From: Eledone cirrhosa
Taxonomy: Eukaryota
Direction: 5' to 3'
Assembly: GCA_964016885.1 (NCBI GenBank)
Contig: OZ024742.1
Location: forward strand, 333,064,001 to 333,128,000
DNA length: 64,000 nucleotides
The notes below the pieces were generated by a model. It was not told the origin of the DNA and did no database searches. It saw only the letters and a list, made by a program, of their open reading frames with translations. Positions 55,641 to 64,000 of the stretch are shown in pieces (positions within the stretch are counted from its first letter, which is position 1; every line of letters begins with the position of its first letter). The position numbers and the translations under genes are program-made.

Positions 55641-56657
55641 TAATTTCACTGGTTGTAGTGATGTTTAAAATCATATACATCATCATCACCATCATAACCA
55701 GCAGCAGCAATAAAAGTATGAGTCATAAGCTGAACAATAACAACAGTAGTTACAACTATAACATCACCAACAATACTAACAACTGCAGGCACAGCTGTAG
55801 TTGAAACAATAACAACTGTGGATCTACAGTAGCAATAGTAACAATAGTAACAATAATAGGTATTACATTAACAACAGTGATAACAATAACAACACAAGTT
55901 ACTAGAATAACAACTGTAGGTACTACGATAACAATATCTTTCGTAATTATCATATCCATATCACAACATAATCCCAGATACACGCAACCTCATCCCATAT
56001 ATATGCAAATGTGGGAGTGGGTATGAGTGTGTGTGTGTTCGATTGTGGGTGTGTGTGTGTATGCATGTGTGCGTATGCGTGTGTGTATGAGTGTGTGTGT
56101 GTGTGTAAATATTTCTGCTTTTGTGTCTATCCTTGAACAATGGTGACTCGTCTTAGTGCACAGAAAATGAAACATTACTTCAAATATACACAAGAGATGA
56201 TACGTGATTCCTTTTACGCACATACCTAGATAATATAATATATAAATATACATAAAACAGATAAATAAACAGCATTTTCACAATGTGAACAATGGAAATG
56301 TTGAGATTCGAAAAAAAGAAAAACGTTTTGTTAGATGAATTAATATTTGTAAATACTTTTTCACAATCTTTCATTATATATATAATATAAAAGCAAGAAA
56401 CATATATAGGTAACTGAATTGAAAGTGTACTATAGAGGAAACTATATCACCACTAGTTATATTTGCATCATCTAAAGTGTCAGCACTAGAGTGCTCTTAA
56501 CTAATACTAATGCATGCACATATACATACGTGCATTTAGACATGTATGCATACATACGTACATACATACATACATGCATACATACATACATACATGCATA
56601 CATACATACATACATACATACATACATACATACATACATACATACATACATACATAC

Positions 56658-57265
56658 ATGGTGGCTGCCAACTCCTTTTCGAGTACGGCCACTACTTTAT
56701 ATCCATGTAGAAGAACCCCTACCGATGCACTGAACGAGTGTGACTTTTTAGTCCAGCCAGCGACTTGAAAATTCTGGTACAAACACTGCACTTGTGACAA
56801 TTATTGACACATAGTGCTGGGCCCATGGTACCATGTGAGGACAAGTGCAGAGAGATCTCCAGATATAAAGCAATGCCTGTGCCGTGAAGCTTTTATAGTG
56901 AGCAAAGGCACTGCACAAAGCCAGTCCCACTCTCTTAACCAAGATGATATTTACCAAAAAGAAGAACAAGTCAACATCATTGGATACCACCAGGGTTGCA
57001 GGTGTTATATCAGAGTTTTCCTTCTCCAGAATTCTGCCTTGACAAAGGCTAAGGGGTCATCTCTCCCGGTGATTTTGGATGGCCATTGACTCTTAAGAGC
57101 TCCTTGCCCTTTGACAGGTTTTGTTTTTAGTCCTGCAGGATGTCCAAAGTCACCCTCCTCACCAGGAAACCTTGGTGGGGTTGCCAGTTTAGTCGCCAAA
57201 GACCCGACCTTGGGACAGGTTGTACTGGAATACATGTTACCAGTAGCACCAACTGGTGACCTGAC
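56658..57265 (-). mobile_element. Full-length (~610 bp) bipartite RTE-derived non-autonomous retroelement
   Basis: 5' part carries the RTE-UTR-like ggagaaggaaaactctgat. 3' part encodes KCSVCTRIFKSLAGLKSHTRSVHR*, an RTE-type C-terminal C2H2 finger. Flanked by (ATGT)n on both sides. Confidence 0.78.
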
Positions 57266-58690
57266 ATACATACATACATACATACATACATACATACATA
57301 CATACATACATACATACATACATACATACATACATACATACGGAACTTATAGTGAATTCATATATATAAATATATAGGTCTATGTATATGTGTAATTGTA
57401 TACATATGTATATTCGATCCAACTCTTTATCCTGACAATCCCACCAACGAGTGTCCGAGTATTGCTGACTTGTATTTTTATGTGGAATACCTGCAGTCAA
57501 CCGTGAGACGGATCCGACTATCTACTGATGTCATTGGGATTTGCACCCCACCGTCATCCTTATGAGAAGTACAGGCAATTTCACTTGATTGTTGTCCATG
57601 GCGAAAGAGGTCATTTGAAAATGTTGAAGACAAGCACATTTCTTTTCGTCGGGGCCCTGCTTAACCTTTTTTAGTTTTCACTTGATGCGCACAATCAAAT
57701 TGAAAAGGGAAGAGCTAACTTCCAACTAGTTTGTTTAAATGGGCGTGAGAGGGGCAAATGTGGTCCAAATGATGAGCCTACCCTGGGTTCACGCATGTAG
57801 ACAGGAGGAGTACAAAACGGAATGGGCACTTGCCGTAGTGGTCAGGATTACCGTGGCTATTGTGGGGTTTTCCCACGAGATTTGCCCATTTTTAGGGAAT
57901 TTATGTTCGATTTTAACTGTTTATTTTTCAGTCTTTGTTATAAAATTGTATTTTACATTAAAAAGAAACCCACACTATACCGTCCTGTACCGTCTTTATT
58001 GTTCTTTCAATGTGAGCCGTGTGGCTAATGAAGAAACCATTATATTCTGACTCATTTTAACATCGACTACATTATCCGCAGTTAATTTCCTAAGATAGTA
58101 AATTTTGGCACTGGGGAGATTCGGCTTCCATTACGTTGATTGACTACGATGATGCTCCACATGAGGTCATTATAAATCATAGTCAGTTCCAGTATTTGTA
58201 ATCATTTCATTGAAACTGGAATTCAAACCGAAATTACTCGTATTTGAAACCAGAAACGAATGAGATTAAACTATATATAGAAAATATAGTCTGGTACATA
58301 TCGTTTTGAAAATATCAATTAAATGACAGTAAAATATCTTTATGTGATCGATGTCACTAAGAGAAATTGATGTATGTTAGTATATTGAATATAATTTCAT
58401 TATTGAGGATATGAATGTGTATTATCACAGAGAAGTGGGGGAAAGACACACACATACACATGTACAAATAAATAACATATATACATATACACATATGCCC
58501 CCCCCACACACACACACATACACACACACACATCTAGTCAGTTATTTATATACTAGCTAGCGAAGGCTGGCTACACGCATATATCTAAATATTTTTGCAT
58601 ATATGAATACATACGTTTACATGGACTAACATACTTTAACTAACTTACAAAGAAGCGCACACACATAAACAGTCATTGTTTATGTATGTA

Positions 58691-58749
<59 letters not shown>

Positions 58750-59013
58750 GGAGAGAGATAGGAGGGAGATAGAAAGAGAGTAAGAGCGAGAAGTTTAGAG
58801 AGACACACATATCAATGAAATTATATATTAAGATAAAGCATACATACACATATTCAAACATATTAATACACAGACACAGTTCTTCCTATATAAATTCATC
58901 AACAGACAGAGACAGCCAATAGGGTATAAATATATGTATTGTATTTCAACTTAAACGCTAACTCAAATGATACCTCCAAGAAAATGCCAATATCTGTTTA
59001 CTTTCCCTTCTCA

Positions 59014-59049
<36 letters not shown>

Positions 59050-59132
59050 CTCTCTCTATATATATATATACATATATATATTTATCTATCTATCCATACA
59101 TATATCTATTTATCTTGCTATCCATATATCTA

Positions 59133-59192
<60 letters not shown>

Positions 59193-59270
59193 TAGCTAGA
59201 TAGAAAGATATATACAGATAGGTAGATAGACAGATAGATAGACAGATAGATAGATAAGATAGATAGATAA

Positions 59271-59319
<49 letters not shown>

Positions 59320-59484
59320 CAGACTGAAATAAATTCAAGGAAGAATAGGTTAATACTAACATCAAAATTCCCTTACTGCAGTTTCAAATCGTCAGACTGA
59401 TATCAAATATCGTAACTACAAAGGCAATTAATATCGAGAGAACGCGTTCATCATTAGATGAATTCGTTTGCAATAAGAAAATAA

Positions 59485-59600
59485 TTTGTTCTACTTTTGG
59501 CACATGACCAGCAAATATCGACCCTGTAAGGATGTATGGCAAAGTTAACCTCGGTGGGATTTGAACTCAGAACGCAAAGGGCCATAACTCTATGCTGCAA
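59485..59600 (-). mobile_element. tRNA-derived SINE, diverged
   Basis: ggcaaagttaacctcggtgggatttgaactcaga is the reverse complement of the SINE B-box and core. Confidence 0.75.
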
Positions 59601-60732
59601 AACATGGTGTCTGACTAATAATATTCACCCAGCAGCAATATACGTCCTTTCTCTTATGAAAAATCCACACCGGTGTGGTGACCTGGATGAAAATGCGACA
59701 GGTGTACCGGCGACAGGTTTGAATGAGCGCTAGACATAGCCCAAGAACAAGTCTGTCAGTTTTAACTATCCTCAATGGTTGCTCATTCTCCTATACGTCT
59801 TAAACTTTCTTCCTCGGTGGAGTGGTGGAGAGAAATATTCAAAACCTCAGGAAATATCGATAATCGAGTAAATTATGTAACTGTTGTTGATGGTGGCGTT
59901 GTTGTTGGTGTTGGTGGTGTCGTTGTTGGTGGTGTTGTTGACGTCGGCTCTATCGTTGTTGTTCCTATCGCCGTTATTATGGCTGATGTTATAATTATTT
60001 CTAGTGTAGTTGCTGCCGTTGTTGATGTGTCGTTGTGTATTTTGTTTAACCCTAGGTCAGCTTCGATAGAGAGCATACACATATAATCAAAATTAGTTGA
60101 ATTCTTCATCATGTTGCCTTTCATCAGCTATAGAGTATCCTCGAACATTAACCATTGTGTCCTTTTATATGTTGCTAGAGACTAAATTGAATAAGTCTTA
60201 GTGATTATTTCTGGAAGGTTGGTGACCATGTCAAAGATTTATAACTGTTGTTATTGATGTTGCACTTGTCAGCCATTTATGCTACTAATGACCATGCTGT
60301 TTCATAATCTGGTATCTTGTAACTTCGGACAACACTAAACATTATTTCCGATATAAGACTCTAAAATGTGACGTGTGGGCTATTTAACTGCTAGTTCTAG
60401 CAAATCAATACCCACGTGGAGGTTCTCTATTTGTTGTTGATGCTTCTGCACTGGTCGCCATCGTCGTGGAGCTGTCTGTGATGGTGGTAGAGGTGGTGTT
60501 TGTGGTGGTGGTTTCGTGTTGGTGGTAGTGTTGGTGGCTATAGAGTGACTGTAATCATAGTCTACTTGTTGCCGGAGTTATTATTTCACGTTCCCACTTG
60601 TTGAAATAGATACGGTATATCTCATTAACATGTAACCAGAGATGACGATCTTCTTGTTTATTTGCATACATTTATATATTTTTCTGGGCATCCGTACAAA
60701 ACTCTTGTATATATTTCTATATATATGCATTA

Positions 60733-60772
<40 letters not shown>

Positions 60773-60834
60773 TATATATATGTATACATATATATATATA
60801 CGCACACACACACACAGATACACACGCACACAAC

Positions 60835-60930
<96 letters not shown>

Positions 60931-60942
60931 TGTGTCTAATAA

Positions 60943-61045
60943 TTATTTCTACTTTTGGCACAAGGCCAGTGCATTACTGATGCTTTATTTTATCGACCCC
61001 GTGAGGATGAAAGGCAAAGTTAACCTCGGTGGGATTTGAACTCAG
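60943..61045 (-). mobile_element. tRNA-derived SINE, 5'-truncated
   Basis: ttttatcgaccccgtgaggatgaaaggcaaagttaacctcggtgggatttgaactcag. Confidence 0.8.
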
Positions 61046-61499
61046 ACCGTACCGTAAAGGGGCGTAACTCTGAGGTGTCAATGTATCATAATTAAGTTTA
61101 TTCAGGTGTGACAAGCGTTTCGCGATTAATAAGCTTAAGGTATGCCGTTTGAGTGCACTGAAGTACGATTTACGAACGTATGCAACACTCTTCATATACG
61201 CATATGCAATTCTTTATATATATAGATACAACTCATGTATAACACGCAAGCCAGATTACGTCATATTTACTATCAGTATTGTAACATCTCTATGCCTGGC
61301 AATATGTATTAATTCCCCCAAATACTGTTATGCTCCATGTCACAATCTACGAAGATAATGACGAATCTAATGCAAATTAGAAACCCTACATATGCTAATG
61401 AATACGCTAAGCAGCCTTTATTTATCAATGTTCAATGTTCCCATGCCAATGCTGTTCCTGCCGTATAACCGTTATCTGCCAATACATTAACATCCAGCA

Positions 61500-61555
<56 letters not shown>

Positions 61556-61559
<4 letters not shown>

Positions 61560-61684
61560 CAGATTAAAAGTTTAGCAAAGAATCGCTGCTTTCACCCTTT
61601 TCCGTATTTTATATAACCCAGTTTAAGAAAATACCGCAAAAGGGTGAAAGCACCGTTTCTTGGCTTAAACTTTAACCTGTACAT
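61556..61684. repeat. ~55 bp inverted repeat (fold-back)
   Basis: atgtacagattaaaagtttagc..tgctttcacccttttccgtattt versus aaataccgcaaaagggtgaaagca..taaactttaacctgtacat. Confidence 0.8.
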
Positions 61685-61781
61685 ATAATAAATATTTGCC
61701 CTACGGGTTTATATATATGGATATACATTTAATCCTCATCGAGCCCTCTTAGGATTTTACTCTTCACATTTATTATTACTA

Positions 61782-62140
61782 CATCATCATCATCATAATC
61801 ATCACCATTTTACGGCCGCTTTTCCCTGTTTGCAAAAGTGGAACGGATCCTATTCAGCACAGCATCTCTCTATTATTCACGGTCCTTCGTCATCTCCACC
61901 GTGAGTTTCAGTGATTTGAGGTCTGCTCTCACCACCTCCACCCATGTTTTTCGTGGTCTTCCTCCACTACATCTTTCTTCAACTGGCATTTCTTGGCATT
62001 TCTTCACCCATTGGTCATCCTCCATATGCATCACATGTCCATACCATCGCAGTCTCCACTCCTGCACACGACAATCTATCGCTCTTAGACACAGTTTCTC
62101 TCTCAACACATCCATGCTCGGTCGTTCACACACATTAACA
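61782..62140 (-). mobile_element. RTE LINE 3' end
   Basis: LREKL..RLRWYGHVMHMEDDQWVKKC..GGRPRKTWVEVVRADLK, then a 3' UTR and (ATG)n tail. The same tail occurs alone at 54829-54885. Confidence 0.85.
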
Positions 62141-63193
62141 TTTCACATTCATATACTACGTATATATATATATATATATATTTCCTTTGGCATTATTAGG
62201 CTTCATGTCGATATGAATATACGTGGAATTAGCTGATGTTTTAAATTAATAGGGTTAAAATAAAATTCTCTACTGTACACTAGTATGAAAAAAATAACAC
62301 TGTAAATGAGCTGTGTCAACGTACATACATTCGCACTAATCAAATATTTTGAATTTTTTATTTTATTTTACCGAGTGAAGATCATTAGAGAATTGTTCCA
62401 GTTGCTGGCACCGAATCAAACAAATTCCTTTCCATAGGCCAAATACGTTAACCTTTGACCATTACAGAATAATTGTTTGTCTGTTAGAGTGAAAAAGCGA
62501 TCAAGATTCTAAAACAACAGACTAGTAAATTAGATCAGGTCTTTGTAGAGAACCACCATAGTAGCTAGCAGCTGTCTTTAACACATTTCACTAGTTCATT
62601 GCTTTCCAATTGTGATCAGCTTTTTGGAAAGAAAACAAAACAAACAAATCGAAAAAGCAATATGGTAGCGAGCAGAAGTGAAGAGTAATGGGAGATTGAT
62701 GAGAATGAAGAAAGATTGTAGAAAAATAACAACAACAAATAAAAACAAATAGCAGGAAAAGACGGACAAAGAGAAATAAACCAAAGAGAGTCGGCGTGTT
62801 TGTGTGTATAGGTTGGCATTGGTGAGTTTCACTAATTGAAGTGTCTCGTTTAACACCAACATGAAATTCTACTTACCATTAGTTTTGATCCACACCACAC
62901 ACACCACCACCCCTTAACACATCCCTTCCTCCTCACCAAATACTGTCGACTGTTTTACTCAAATTACAATGATTTTTAATTAAACTAGTAATTAGATCGA
63001 GATAAAATGAAAGGAAAACCACAAGAAGCACAAATAAAAAATGCAATCTATCTTTCAACAAAGCCATTTACACCCCAAAACACTATCAATGCATAAATCT
63101 TACACAGCCACCCACTCTTTCCCTTTCAAATATACGCTCACACACATACCCACTCACACGCAAACACCCACGTGTATTGGAGGATAGTATCCA

Positions 63194-63239
<46 letters not shown>

Positions 63240-63404
63240 TAAATAGATAGATGTATGTTTATATTTATATAGACAATTATTAAATATATAAATAAATAAA
63301 TGACATTGTTAATTAATAAATAAATTAACTAATACCTTAACATTTCACACAAAGTAAAATATTTTGTTTTAAACATTTTCTAAGCTAGTAAAAAAAGACA
63401 AGTA

Positions 63405-63504
63405 TAAAAGAAATAAAAAAAATGTTCTTCCTAATAATCGTCTTTTTCTCCCTATTTATATATGTATATATATATATATATTCAAACTCGTGTGCTCCTC
63501 CACA

Positions 63505-63535
<31 letters not shown>

Positions 63536-63558
63536 TTATATATATATATAGGTATGTT

Positions 63559-63600
<42 letters not shown>

Positions 63601-63610
63601 TATGTGTGTG

Positions 63611-63698
<88 letters not shown>

Positions 63699-63729
63699 AA
63701 TAAAATGTGGAGGGGAAGCACACGAGTTA

Positions 63730-63813
<84 letters not shown>

Positions 63814-63865
63814 ACAGGGAGAAAGAGACGATTATTAGGAAGAAAAATATTTTTTTTCCCTTTTT
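63405..63865. repeat. Large diverged inverted repeat with embedded microsatellites
   Basis: ttcttcctaataatcgtcttttt..aactcgtgtgctcctccacatttt(att)n is mirrored by (aat)n aaaatgtggaggggaagcacacgagtt..agacgattattaggaagaa. Confidence 0.85.
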
Positions 63866-64000
63866 TGTTTCTCTCTCTCTTTTTTTCTGGGTTAGAAAAT
63901 GATTAAAACGAAATGTTTGACTTTGTGTGAAGTGGTAAGGTATTAGGAAAATCATATCAAACCTCAGTCTACCATTTGCCTCCATCACGGAATCATGGAT

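Noticed and set aside
57400-57900. Relatively GC-rich unique stretch as a possible exon or ncRNA
   Set aside because: No recognisable protein motif, RNA family or convincing splice-site pair.

Overview
AT-rich animal genomic DNA, dense in (TA)n, (CA)n and (TACA)n microsatellites. The SINE and repeat content suggests a cephalopod such as Octopus (inference). No intact host protein-coding gene can be supported, and almost all ORF-track entries are microsatellite artefacts. Transposon content: a frameshifted Penelope-like element (RT + GIY-YIG, about 13.7-15.7 kb), two Chapaev3-like transposase remnants within a local duplication, mariner and RTE-LINE remnants, a small non-autonomous Helitron, tRNA-derived SINEs, RTE-derived short elements and three minisatellites. 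The main finding is the ~8.9 kb tandem array at 20756-29627. Each of its 18 units (464-541 bp) carries, on the minus strand, a type I hammerhead ribozyme with an extended stem I and a minimal palindromic stem III, plus an octamer motif and a variable (TA)n tract. This is the architecture of a non-LTR retrozyme, i.e. a self-cleaving satellite that may produce circular RNA. Several other intact or decayed hammerheads lie in Penelope-type pseudo-LTRs across the window. Activity and novelty cannot be shown from sequence alone.
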